A stretch of 59,140 bases of DNA, filler included, from Platydemus manokwari (lineage: Eukaryota): assembly GCA_037951405.1 (NCBI GenBank). It is 5 parts of 5 records of this genome, joined end to end, with 100 filler letters (N's around TTAATTAATTAA, not from the genome) between each part and the next. Parts side by side here need not be neighbours in the genome. Positions count along the whole stretch, not along the records: positions 19,514 to 30,326 come from JBBMOY011103998.1; positions 30,427 to 42,734 come from JBBMOY010197783.1; 3 more parts are not named here. One strand, given 5' to 3'. Below are positions 25,101 to 37,467 of the stretch, one piece after another. The notes below the pieces were generated by a model, which worked only from the letters and a program-made list of their open reading frames with translations, made no database searches and was not told the origin of the DNA. Both the position numbers and the translations under genes were made by a program. How positions within the stretch are numbered: the first letter of the stretch is position 1; each line of letters begins with the position of its first letter.

Positions 25101-28100
25101 AAAAGGACATAGTCACACAGTAACACACACACATATGGATTGACCAATCCGGCACATATAAAAACCAATATAGTCCAACAGAAACATGATTAAGTAAAGA
25201 TCAAATCAAGATGTGAAAAAAACGTGACACAAAAATTACACACAGATCTCGAGTATAAATATCGATGTAAAAATGTCCAGCTGCCAGTTGAAAGCCAACT
25301 TTTGGTAGTATTTTTGTTATACTTTGTGAACAAAAAACAAATGAATTGATTACAACAAAATATAATTAGTTACAATCACGGTAAATTTATGAAGTGAAAA
25401 AATTATGAAATGGAAAAGATGTATTTAAAGGGAGAGAAAAGTATTAAATATTGAATCAGGTAATTTTCATAAAAATAACATATTTAAAGGATCCTACTAT
25501 AAATGATAGTAAAATATTGATTGAGGAACGATTAAACAACAATTTTGATTGAATGAGATAAGTTTTATGATATAAATAGAAGATAAAAATAGTTCTGATA
25601 ACCAAGCAATACAAGTATCTGGTGTTTGATAACAATCAAAGAATTCATGCTAGAAATGAAATAGTTAAAATACTAATTCATATGTTATAAAAAGACATTA
25701 ATAAATTATAATAAAAATGGTATAATAAGAAATAAAAGATGTTTTCCAGGATTTCTATCATAATTCCAAATAGAAGTCACTACTGAATATTAAAGATTTA
25801 TATTTATTTTTAAAACAATTATCCTGATCAAATAAGATTAGACAAAACAGATAAATATCTTCAAATATATCCAATAAATACTTGTACACATTGTTAACAT
25901 CGGTGATTAACTGAATTCCAATTTCTTGATATGCTTCATTTGTTGGTTGCGTGGGAAATCCAAAATCATCATCACTGTAAAAACAATCAACGACACTATT
26001 AGTTCCTGATTCTTTTAAACCACCATCAATATCAGCCAAATTATCCCACCCTGAAAATTAAGTAATGAATAAAACAAAATTACTTTAATGATATATTATA
26101 TATAATTTATAAAAGTCTAAACCCAACAAATGAATTTATATAAAATATTTTCAAACAACTTCTGCTTAATAAAATCTGCAAATTTCAAAGAAGAAAATGG
26201 CTCTTGTAATTCAAATTAAAATAAAAGCTCAGAACATTTGCTGTCTAAAGAATTTTTTAAATATCATCTGAGAATCAATAAATATACTGATATACTTTGG
26301 TTCTGAAATAAATACTATTTTTATTTTAGATTAATTTATGCTAAAATTAAATATTTTTCATATCTTTGTACATCGAAATGAGAAAATTCCATTTCTACGG
26401 TCCAACCAAAATAGCGATTTGTACTAGTTAGATTTCAAAAGCAAAGGTTATGTTATAAAAAACGAATTTCGAAACTACTTCATCAAAGGATATTAATGAT
26501 TAGATTATTTGTTGAATTCATCAACTAAATTTAGACAATAATGGGAATATGGATGGTCTTTTTCTAACAAAAAAGAAAAATTCTAACATAACGAATTAAG
26601 GTTCAACTCGATCAATTAGAAATCCATAGAAAACTTACATGTCCTCTTTAAAATAGACAGTGTATTTTACCACAAAACATAAGATAAAAATTTTTAAAAA
26701 ATGTCTAGAACAGCTTGAGCATGCCCTTATATTTGTACAGTTCTCTATACTTTTATATGTATATATATAACTAATTTTTTATTTCTCTTATAACTTTTAT
26801 TAATCTAGATTTTCAACATTAGATTATATAACATGATTTCAAATATCAAGTTAATCCATAATTATAGCACGTTAACTAAACTCAATATTTATCGAATAAT
26901 AAGATATTAAAATTCATTCAAAAGAAGTTCTTTTCTTATTCAGGAATATATTTAATGACCATTTCAAAGACTGCCTGCCACTGATAAAGAGTTGATTCTA
27001 TAAGTCAATTCGCAAGACAATATTAGTTATAATTGTAATTTGTGGTAGGAGCAGATTAATGTTTCTATAAAAGTTGAGCTAGCTTTAATTATTTTTACCT
27101 GAAATTTTTTATTCCAATTTAGTCATCAAACCAAATATTACTCGAACGCAATTTATTTTGATTTTATTTGAAAATATCCAAGACCCATATTATGACAAAA
27201 TTATGCAGAAAACGCGTTTGCTTGTTTCTCTAAAGCATTAACAGGAAATTCGAACATTTCACCATTATCAACAATTTATCTATTTTCAAAAATTTCATCA
27301 AGATTGAATCACCTATCTTTGGTCCAAACCATCAAAGAGATATGGCCTCAATGAATATAGACTAAAATTTAATGTATTCAAATCTAATCATTCAACAATT
27401 ATCCAGCAGCCTAATCAATATAAAAGTTACATGTATACTTAGCTAAGTAGTTATATTAATGCATGTAGGTGAAAATTAAGGGAATTTGGTGATTGAACTA
27501 TTTCTATTCGTCGGTGTTTGGGATAATGATACAATCCATCTTTCCGTAATTTACACACTGCTTATTTGAAACCACAATCAATGATATCTGGTCTCTGGGT
27601 ACTTATTACGGTTGTATTCTGGTTATAAATCAGTCAATTCATTATGACGCCTATTTTATTTCAATAATTTTTTAAGAATATTTATACGTTAAAATAGCCT
27701 GCATATTGAAGAAAAAATAAATTTTTCTATAAACTGTTAAAATTCTGATGTAGATGTCACAATACGATAGTTAATAATAACAATTGTTCAACGTTCAAAA
27801 GATATAAATTTCAAACCTACTCTTTTAAAAAAAATTTTCAAGCATTAATGACAGTATAATTTTTATTTTTCTATTAGATAATTAACAAAGCTTTCACAGT
27901 AATAATGATTTATCATTGCAAACAATATACAACCGAAGAAGTTAGAATGATTTCTAAGAAAAGCCATAGAGCGAACAATAAATTCCAGAGCAGTAGTAAT
28001 TGATAATTAATAAATGCATTATTAAATAAAACCATTTCCAATTAATTAAAAGAATCGAAAATAAAAATGAGTGAAGATTATAATAATTTGTCTAAATAAA

Positions 28101-29818
28101 AAAGACCTAAACTTCACGAAAAATAATCATATCAACACATGCAAAATGATCAAATAAAACTTACAATATCCTGTAAAATAAGTGAGACATCAAACTATAA
28201 TTTCTAATAATCATTAAAGCAAGAGCTTTAAGCACTTAATGACTAAAATATATTATATGAGTTATTTGTTATCGATGAGATTTTGTTGTTTATAAATTTC
28301 TTTTGAAAGTCAATTGAATGCATCAAAATGACTAATAATATAATTATTCTAATGATTCTTGAAAATATTATAATATAAAATAAAAAGAAATTTCCCAGGT
28401 AAAATTTTATTTTTCAAAATAATATTAATGAACGAGTTATTTAAAAATTATTTGCATCAATCCCGTCATGAGCAGATAAAATATACGAATTAATTTGATT
28501 TTTGCACTCATTTATCTATGTTGAAATTTGTTTTATTATTTTATTTTAGAGATTCTGTTTATAACAATATTTACTTTACAGAACAAAGTAAAATTGCACT
28601 TTTATTCAAGCATCACACAATTTGACATTGGTAGTTCTACAACAGTATTCTTAATTTACGACTTATTTCTGATGTCTTTCAATATTTACCGAGCGAAGTA
28701 CACAGCATCGATACATTTTGGTAGATTTGATATTTCTCTTTCGTCCAAACAGTTCAGCTACTATTTCGAAAACTGCTCATTCAGTTGTAATTAAAACTCA
28801 TCTGGTGATTATAATTAGTTTGTTATTTTTATCATGGTTAATATTAAATCTCAGATTACCATTTTTACAACTAATGACACTCCTTAGAACTCCAGCAAAA
28901 TTTATAATGTCTCGGATATTTTTATTCTTCCTTACAATTCTGTAAAACCATTTATTGAGTGAAGTGATTTACCATTTTGTGATAATTTGTTATAATTTTC
29001 TTCAAACTAATTTTGCCCTTTAATTTATTTTAAAAATTAATAGACTTGCTAGTTTTTTAAACACTTCTAATTCAACACAGGATTCCTTTGTAATATTAAC
29101 TATTTAAACTATCTTCAGTATTTTGCAGTTAGTATATTATCTTTAGTATATTTTGCATTTGAATGTCATTGGTGAAATTCCCTTTGTAAGAAACTTCTCT
29201 ATGTATTGAAGTTAATACATTCTATTGAAGAGAGTTCGTGAAACAAAGTGTTATTGCTTGTTGACCATGTGACAAATACTTCAAACTAGGACAGTATGTA
29301 GATCGACTGCCACTACCATATTTCTACACGTTCTTATTTTAATAATTCCCGCTCATTCATTGAGCACTTCATTTCTATTAGCAGCAAAAGTACTTGACTA
29401 ATTATTTTGTATTTGTCAGTTCATTCTTAACTTTAAATTTGTGATCTGAATTTTCTTATAGGGGTGAACTCATAGGTGGTTTTAATGCTATTTCTTTGCT
29501 TAAAATTGAACATCGAATATCAGATTAATTTAAAACAGTATTCAGAAAATAATCAGTGAAATGATTTTTTTTAAATTCTAGTTAATTTAATAAATCAGTC
29601 TGATAATTTAAGAGAAATATACTTTGATATGTAATTATGAAATTAAATTTGACGCATTATTTTATAGATAATTCCAAAAAACAATATAATTTACTCATTT
29701 CATCATCATTCAAATCAAAGCCAATGTCCGAATCATTTGTAGGTTTATTATTGTTTTGAGATTCTGAGACATCTTTCGATTTTCTGATACTTCGAGCTTT
29801 TTTATTTCGAGATCTGAC
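22106..29818 (-). CDS. 5'-partial multi-exon gene of unknown function; complement(join(22106..22197,24031..24139,24336..24831,25882..26050,[28165..28170],29695..29818))
   Basis: Five GT-AG-bounded exons with mutually consistent phases (0-1, 1-2, 2-0, 0-1, 1-stop) give an uninterrupted ~330-aa frame including ORFs 25758-26039 and 24276-24854: VRSRNKKAR...DDEM|RWDNLAD...NVYK|VKINND...LFGQ|NQAQ...IEN|GLTHQ...VRK*. No recognised domain. The start codon was not found and may lie in or beyond the gap at 30327. Confidence 0.7.
22364..22769. mobile_element. Non-autonomous hAT (Charlie/Buster-type) element / MITE, 406 bp
   Basis: Perfect 14-bp TIRs CAGTGATTCCCAAA (22364-22377) / TTTGGGAATCACTG (22756-22769); perfect 8-bp TSD GCGATAAT (22356-22363, 22770-22777); subterminal (G)CGCCC motifs. 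Confidence 0.93.
23501..23879 (+). mobile_element. Possible Merlin/IS1016-like transposase relic
   Basis: SEKTMADCYNFFREMC resembles the TxxDWxNFxRExC motif preceding the Merlin DDE core. Segment is bracketed by a 19-bp direct repeat GGTGGAGATTCTTCAATTG (23501, 23861). Confidence 0.4.
28165..28170 (-). other. Candidate 6-nt symmetric micro-exon (GATATT) of the minus-strand gene
   Basis: Minus strand reads GTCTCACTTATTTTACAG|GATATT|GTAAGTTTT: branch-like CTCAC, pyrimidine tract, CAG acceptor and consensus donor. Frame-preserving and stop-free. Confidence 0.55.
28580..29330 (-). mobile_element. Possible decayed piggyBac-like transposase C-terminal half
   Basis: Broken frames: YNKLSQNG (cf. 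YNxxxxGID), ILLEF*GVSLVV (cf. KLxxELxxGxxVVN), then Cys-rich remnants consistent with the C-terminal CRD. Heavily eroded. Confidence 0.3.
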
Positions 29819-30326
29819 CTGGAGTAATATATTCATTATAACAGTTTTATTAATAATTTATCTAGTTCTATCTCATATCAACAGAGTTTTTCTCAAACAC
29901 TTGACAGTCATAGATAAAATTTTATTAAGAATTTATAATAAATTTCAAAATATTTTGATTATGTGAAAAAACGAGATGGATAGGTCAATAAAAATGATAA
30001 TAAATTTTCTAAGAAAAACTACTCGATCACTGACAGTAACAAGATTTTATTAAGTTCGGATATATTAGGAGGATTCATGAAGATCAGTGCGAGTAAATGC
30101 CACATACCAACAACAAATAATTCCATTTGCACAAAGTCAGATAATAGAAACAGATTTAATAACATGAATGAAATTATAAAAATCTGCAGAGCCCAGTAAT
30201 GCCTTAGATGAAAAGATTCATGGAATAAAAACAATTAATAAGTAACTGATCTTACCAGGTTGAGTCAAAAGTTATTCATGTTTTTATGCAGGTATTTTAT
30301 TAACACAAATTGTTATAACGCTGAAC

Positions 30327-30426
30327 NNNNNNNNNNNNNNNNNNNNNNNNNNNNNNNNNNNNNNNNNNNNTTAATTAATTAANNNNNNNNNNNNNNNNNN
30401 NNNNNNNNNNNNNNNNNNNNNNNNNN
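30327..30426. other. Assembly gap with six-frame-stop linker
   Basis: 44 N + TTAATTAATTAA + 44 N. Confidence 0.97.
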
Positions 30427-30460
30427 ATAATGCGTTATGTTAGCCACGACTATTTTATAA

Positions 30461-30592
30461 AACACGCATGGAAAACGAACTGGAAAGACACGACACCAAA
30501 TTACGAATTAAAATACAATTATATAAATAAATTAATTCCATTTTATATAAATGCAGATATTTAAAAATTTAATTCAATTTAAAATTCTCACA
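30461..30592 (+). repeat. Dispersed ~130-bp repeat, copy 1
   Basis: ACACGCATGGAAAACGAACTGGAAAGACACGACACCAAATTA...AATTCAATTTAAAATTCTCACA aligns with 34931-35068. Confidence 0.75.
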
Positions 30593-31079
30593 ATTATTAT
30601 TATTATTATGACTATTGTTGTTGTTGTGAGGATTAATTAAAATAAATGAATAATTATGGTACTGCTATGCATGTATGTATGTTTGTTGCTTAATCATTAA
30701 GGGATTGTTTCATTGTCAGTTACTACTTTCCTACAAACCTCCCCATTATATTTATGTTGTTGCACAGGAATGAGACGACAACATTCTAGACACATGGTAG
30801 TGTAATAAAAAATATTTCAATCTCACATCTCGTTATTAATATTCAACTTTCAATCATAATAATTAAACCGAAAACAATCAACAATGCTGTTTTATCAGTC
30901 AGCATTAATTATATTTTATTTTTTGTCATTTATTTATTTTATTAAGAAATGCCGATGCTAATCATCTAATTCTAAAAATAAATTTGATGTTTTTCCAAGT
31001 AGGATAAAAAATAGTAATTATTATTTTTTCTTGATTTTTTAATTATTTTTCTTATTATTTTATTATTATTATTTTAAAA

Positions 31080-31560
31080 GTTACTTGACTGAAAATCTGG
31101 ATAAAATATTAAGCCAATGAAATTAAATAAAAAATTTCAACTCCAGTCAATTTACAATATAAATAATTCTTTAAGGTTTGACATCGAAATCTTCTTCTTT
31201 CGTGCTGATAATGCAAATTATTTATTAGTTAGGGAGATGGGCTTCAATGAAATTCAATCGATTAATGTTGAGTTGTTAAGTAAACAATTCCACCATATCA
31301 CAAACATAATGGAACACTGGAAATGGTTTTCAATGCTTATCCGAATAAATTTGAGTTCCAATCAATGATATTATCTACCAGTTTATGTCAGGAAATAACA
31401 GGTGACTACAATGATAAATTGTTTTGAATTCTTTATCCATTGTTAAACAAACAAGTTCTGTGTATATTATGTCATTCCACAACAAATCAATGAGGAGCTT
31501 TCTATCATCCGTTCCAATATCGATAATATTTATTGATATCGGTAATTTATTTCCCCATTA
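31080..31560 (-). mobile_element. Penelope-like RT relic
   Basis: CLFNNG*RIQNNLSL*SPVIS (cf. FxFNxxxYxQxxGLxMGSPLSPVI) followed by FHYVCD (cf. FRYVDD). Confidence 0.45.
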
Positions 31561-32149
31561 GAATATGTGGCGTGTATTTTTTTCGGTTTTCTTAATTTAG
31601 TGACGCAAAAAATTATTTTAGTGATTATTTTTAGTAACATTAATAAAAACCTCTGTATTTCGATCATGTTTCATTATTCGGACTGTAAACGTCTTGATTT
31701 TCTAAATTGATGAAACACATTTAATGCCTAACAGTACATGAAGACTTCAATGGGGGATGTAAGACCCTAAGAAACCTTATAAACGATTAACCTAACCTTT
31801 GGCATTTACAATCAAATATTAAATAATATATTAAATCTTTCTTCTAGTTTTGTCGTGCAATTTTCTTGTCTTCAGATTTGCTACAATTCGAATTTGAGCT
31901 GGAAATATGAAAAACTCATGATTTCGACAAATTTCGTATCTTGATAAATCTATGGTTTTATTTTTGACATTTTTTACCGTTTTGTGAGCGTTTATTTACT
32001 GTTGGAGTTCCATTCAATGACACACTTGTTTGTGGGGTCCTGTGTACATAAAAGTAGGTATCGGTTATGATGTTGAATATTAACAAAATCGAATGATTAA
32101 ATTACTTCCTTTTCGAATCGCAACATTTCTCTAATATTTGAGACATTGC

Positions 32150-33330
32150 CATTTATATGATTCTTCGCATTAGTAAGAAATCTTCATTAGAATTTCTGCA
32201 GTTACACATTTTTAACCAACGAATTCAACATGTTTATTTTATCATATATTGATTTTGATTGCCTTATTACTCCTATCTCGAGTAAGTTTTTTAATTATCT
32301 TTGATTTTTGATTTTAGGTGCATAAGCTATGTTGGATTTCGTGAAATAAGTTTACCAGTAATTAAAATATAAGTTAAGATGGTTTTGCCCAGATCCAATT
32401 TTGAGGCCTTGTGTATTTTTCCTATTCCTTGATAAGTCTCATTGTTCTGCTTGTGTGCCAGCTATGACCGTTTTCTTCGCTTGTTTTCATCTTCCCTCAA
32501 CTTTATATTTGTCCTTAAGTTATCACGAGCTCATTCTTCTCAGAATCCCGAAAACATTCATCTCGATGAAGTCGATACAAATTATTTAACCGAACCATCA
32601 AAATAAATGTGTTAGGAGTTGTGATCTTTTGGTGTTCTGCCTCGCGAATAATTGGATCCTCGATTTTATTTTAAACCCATAAATTCTACCTTCTATTCTG
32701 TATTCGGTACCAGCGCTCTCTAAAATGGTGGCTTGTAATTACTTTCTACCCTCCTCCCATGCACGTGATTGGCTTTAGGAGGGATTATTCCTGCAATTAT
32801 TACTTTCAGTTTTCAGAACTTGAGCATGACTTTGTCTACGGGAATGCTTGAGAATTTGTAGTATAATTTGTTCCCGATTCTCAGACTTTTGCAGAACTCC
32901 TATGATGGATTTTATGGAAAGAGAGTCTTTCAAGCTAATCGATTGTGTACTTTTGCTAATGAAATCTCTCATGAATGGATTACTGCTTCAACAAGTCTGT
33001 GGACTCTTATTTAATAGGAGGTAATTTTGTTTGCATGTTCGACAACCATATCCAATATAGATTTTTTTACTATGATTGTTTCTTCAAACCAAGGATTAGC
33101 TTCTTTGGGATCATCCCGACTTCAAATATTTCGACAATATACCTGCTTCATCTAAAAGCAGTAAATCGAACGCATTAACGAGATTTGGACTTTTAATTAA
33201 TAAGCATTCCTCTGCGATTCTTAACCACCTTTCGGCCGCATTGATTTTTCTTCCATTGAAGTTTCGGAAATAGAAATTCAAAGCTGTTATTTTGGCAAGC
33301 TCTCCAATAGTTGCTTCTTTAATTAATTCC
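32150..33330 (-). mobile_element. Decayed Ty3/Gypsy gag-pol fragment
   Basis: Gag-like NFNGRKS/AAERWLRIAEECL near 33200-33270; RT-entry motif ITGKLISRNP...KNLLEIGVIRQSKSIY (cf. LLxxGVIRxSxSPY) at ~32245-32360. Confidence 0.55.
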
Positions 33331-33445
33331 TGGTTTCTGAATTTATTTGAATGGCGTGGTAGCCAGTTATTTCACTGCTACTAAAAGTCAATAAATTGAT
33401 TTTAAAAAACTAATCTTCTTCACAAATTACTTATTAAAAAAAGTA

Positions 33446-33980
33446 CAATATTCCTCTTCCTAACCGCTAATCCTTCTAACTGCCAATTTTTTAGGAAGTT
33501 AAAAATTATAATAGAAAATTCCTCTTAGCTGCCAATTCTGTTAACCACCACATTTTTTTAAAAATATTTTAAAGATTTATTTTTATTTTTGGCATGATAA
33601 CCATGTTTTAATATTAATTGTTCATGAAATATTTTTCATTGGACTTTATTTATGGCAAAACGAAAATGTGCGAAGTTAACTGTTGATGAAAAAATTGAAA
33701 TTTTGGAGTACACTGAATCTTATCCTGTATATATAGTTAACAGAATAGCAGAGGTTTTCTCAGGTAAATTTTAAAAAAGAACTTTCAAGAAAAATTATCA
33801 ATGATATCACTAGAAACAAGGATTTTTGATTCAAAATGCTGATCTTGTACACAAAAGTGTTGTCGAATTCCCGTTTTAAAGTTTAATGTTTCAGACAAAG
33901 AATTGTTTGCATGGGTTGATTGACTTCAAGAAAGAGGTGCTATCATTACGGATGATATAATAAAAGAAAATCCAGCATAA
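33446..33980 (+). mobile_element. 5' fragment of pogo/Tigger DNA transposon (CENP-B-type HTH domains)
   Basis: ATG 33652: MAKRKCAKLTVDEKIEILEY...RIAEVF (HTH_psq), then frameshifted DKELFAWVD*LQERGAIITDDIIKE (HTH_Tnp_Tc5). Upstream TA|CAATATTCCTCTTCCTAACCGC terminus with repeated TAACYGCYAA-like subterminal motifs. Confidence 0.8.
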
Positions 33981-34930
33981 CGTGTTTAATTATTTTAATT
34001 CGTTACTGTTTGTTTAAAACAATCGTAAAATTTAGAGTTTCTCCATTGCTCTGGTAAAGTTAAAACAATAGGTAGTCCCAACTTTTCAATAAATTCCAAT
34101 TTGACTTACTTCGACCTAATTTTCAAATAATTGTTTTCTGTAATGCTTATTTAATTTCCCATTAATTTAATTTTTTGTTTTAATCTACCGAAATTTCTTT
34201 TCACATTTTCAAAGTAAAAATTCTAAAATATTTCATGAATTTAATTAAATAAACCGTGTAGTCTTTAGCAATATTCTCAACAAATTAAAAATATTTTATT
34301 TGAGAACCCATTTCCTTAATTACAGTTGTAGATTGAAAAAATATATCAAGAAAATTACCAGTGCAATAGATTGATGAAAAAATGTTATAATCATTGTATT
34401 TGTTGAAAATGAAACCGTCTCTCCACTTGGTACAGTATTTAGCATCCGTGAATCTACTTTATCTTTACACTCAATTATTGATTACATTGATATTGATAAA
34501 GTTCAATTGTCCTTGATCATAGATTTATATCCTGCAATCAATGATATCGAATAATCATTACAAATAATATCTTGCAAAGCTATTGGTAATAAAATATTAT
34601 TTATTATCTACTCATATGACTCGTCATTGATAAATCTTAATGAAATCTTCGTGAATTTAAGCTATATCTGACTGAATTTCAAATGTGCTTGACTTTTGAG
34701 CAAGTGGTCTAAACTACAAATAACATGATTATAACATAATTGCTTGTCGACCTTTGAATAGTAGGATTAAAATCAATAAATACTTTTATGGTTTCGTTGA
34801 CAATTTTTTTGAATGAAATTTATAACCCAAATGTTCTACGGATAAGGAAATTCGGAATTCATTTGTCTGTGTGCTGATATATATATATGTGTGTGTGTGC
34901 GTGTGTGCGTGTAATTTTAAATTTAAAAAA

Positions 34931-35068
34931 ACCACACATGAAAAATGAACTGAAAAGTCAAGACACCAAATTATACTTTAATTCAACTATTTAAACAAAC
35001 TAAGTTGATTTTACACAAAATTAAATTTTAGATTTTCAAAACTCTAATTCAATTGAAAATGTTCACAT
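34931..35068 (+). repeat. Dispersed ~130-bp repeat, copy 2, preceded by (TA)n(TG)n
   Basis: Aligns with 30461-30592. Confidence 0.75.
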
Positions 35069-36430
35069 ACCATTTTTTAAAATCTTTGATTTTCTTTGTA
35101 TTCTTAATTGGCATTGTATGGAAAAACATTCTCAAGAATATGCTAGTATAAATAAATTATACTGGAGTTCTAATAATTGGTTGATGGTTTAAATGGTTTA
35201 AATCATGTGACCATCAATAACGGTGATATAATATGATTTAAAAATTAAATATTGGTTCTTGTAATATTAATTATCTTTCAAATTAACTTAAAATGGATTC
35301 ACGGTTTCTTGATCTCATCATAATATAGTGAAAGCATTATAAAAATCAATGAAAATTGTTTTACAGTTCACGATCAATAAAGCATGTATTGTTTATTTTT
35401 TTATGAGCGAATAATTATTTTTAATGTATGAGATCTGTCAACAGCTACTACTTAAAAACGAATTAAAAATGAATCTCATAATTTTAAACCGTATAAGTAT
35501 ATTTAATCAAAATATTTAAACAAATTCAATTGATCGTTTATATCTTTTTAATATCAATATATAGTCTATTTAAAATGATCATTAAAATATTAATTAAATT
35601 TTGAATTCTGACAAATATTTCAACTTTTTACTATTCAGTGAAATTCTGGTGAAATCTTCGTACAAAATATTGACGGTTTTGTAAAGAAAATTTAGATTAG
35701 TGTAACAAAATTTGAAGCATAATTTTATAATTGATTTTACTGTTTGTCAAACGCAATGTGATTTTTCAATTAAAGAAATAATTGATTTTAATACAATTTT
35801 ATGCTTTATTTTCAATGTTAAAAATTGAAAATTAATGTAGCTAATCGAGAATAGTTATTTAATATGTTATCCATGTCTTGTTCATTAAACGGAGAACGTA
35901 AAGGATTAAAAACGATTTGACATCCAATCAATTTGAATGTATTAAAATGGATTGAAGAAAGTTCAAATAATTAAAGATAAACAAAGTTTCAATAATTTAA
36001 CATCACCGAAAACATCTCTAAAAGAATATTTAAAAGAATTTAATTTTGAAAAGAACAATTCTGATTTTGATGGATTTCAAAAATATTTTTTGTATTTTAA
36101 TGAGAACCTTATGTCCCATGTTATCTCTGCAATAACCTAATTTAAATACATCACTATGAGCACATTTTAATGAGCAAAAATAAGAATTTTACAGATCTAT
36201 TATTATCAATCATTCTCAATACCATCAGAAACTCATAAAAATATTAATCTATCTTTTATTAGCCCACTGAATCAAATTGTATATCACACGAAAATCATTG
36301 CGGAAATAACTCTCTGACACAAAATTTATATGCTTTTTAAATCACTAGATAACCATTTTTCCCAGTGTTCAAGAAGTGAAATTAGTACATAAGTTAAATA
36401 AACCCCATAAACTAGATTATTTATTATTAT

Positions 36431-37467
36431 CAGGTAGACCAAACAGACCGCTGCTTAAATTCGAAATCTCGATGTAAATTACAGAAATCATTGAATTCGA
36501 TTTCGATTAATAAAATCAATTACTGTAGTAAGCATGATGTGGTAACCTCGTCCATTCATAGCTGACTCTCAAAACTCATACTATATTTGTGAAGAGCCCA
36601 GCAAATAAACACAATCAATAAAAAAGATAATAAAAAACATTAATTGATGAAAAGAATTTAAGTCGAAATGCGGAAGTAAATAAACAAAACTAAAAGAGAA
36701 TAATAATTTTCAAAATAAAATTAATTTTTTAAAAATAAATATTTAAATAAAATATTGCTTAAAATAAATAATAGAATTAATTATTTGAATAATTCGGTTT
36801 GTTTAACTGAATCAATTAATTAAAAATAGAAAAAAAATTCCGAGGTCGAAAATTGTGATTAATTTTGAATAGATCGAGACCAAAGTGAAGTCGGTGAGAA
36901 ATTGCACTTTGGTCTGATTGGAAAATCGTTTATCAACGAGAGGGTTTCAACCGATTATATGCAAACCTCCATCAACTCGTGGAATTGGCAAAAGTCCAGC
37001 ACGGAATGGTGTACCGCACGTCGCTGCAGTATATAAGCGAAGACACTCAATAGCTGACTGCCATCTTTTCCGCCAGAAATTCAGAAAAGACAAAATTTGA
37101 AATATTCGAGGAAATGGTTTCCCAAATATTAGCAGAAGAGAATATTCGTATAAATTGTGTGATATTCGAGGACTGTGCTCCCAAATACTGGTGTTCAGTA
37201 ATCGTAATCAGTATACTACGTCCGTAACTGATTGCTAGTACGTAGTAAACCCAGGAGTAGCTCGTTGGTCTGTAGTCCAATTTTATGAACGGACTTGATT
37301 CGTTTTTGTCAACGACTTATATTTAACGGCTGGACCCTTGTTTTTTTTATTAATTCGAAGCTTTGTACATTGTTATATTAATATATCTTAGTGAACAACC
37401 ACTAACTTTTTGAGTCAGTTAGGATCATGCGAGTATTTCTTATGCTTTACAGCAGGTAGACCCAACA
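36431..37467 (+). mobile_element. ~1-kb non-coding LTR-like element bounded by a 15-bp direct repeat
   Basis: CAGGTAGACC(A/C)AACA at 36431-36445 and 37453-37467; possible TG start at 36524 and CA end at 37467; CTGATTGG 36914-36921; TATATAA 37030-37036; internal direct repeat ATATTCGAGGA-n-CCCAAATA; CpG-rich relative to the flanks. No 4-6 bp TSD found. Confidence 0.5.

Noticed and set aside
26634-26650. Second possible micro-exon (AG|GACAT|GTAAGT) on the minus strand
   Set aside because: A 5- or 7-nt length would shift the frame, and the acceptor is weak.
30255-30300. Strong minus-strand donor (CTG|GTAAGA) as the upstream coding exon of the unknown gene
   Set aside because: The required phase-0 frame has a TGA three codons before the donor.
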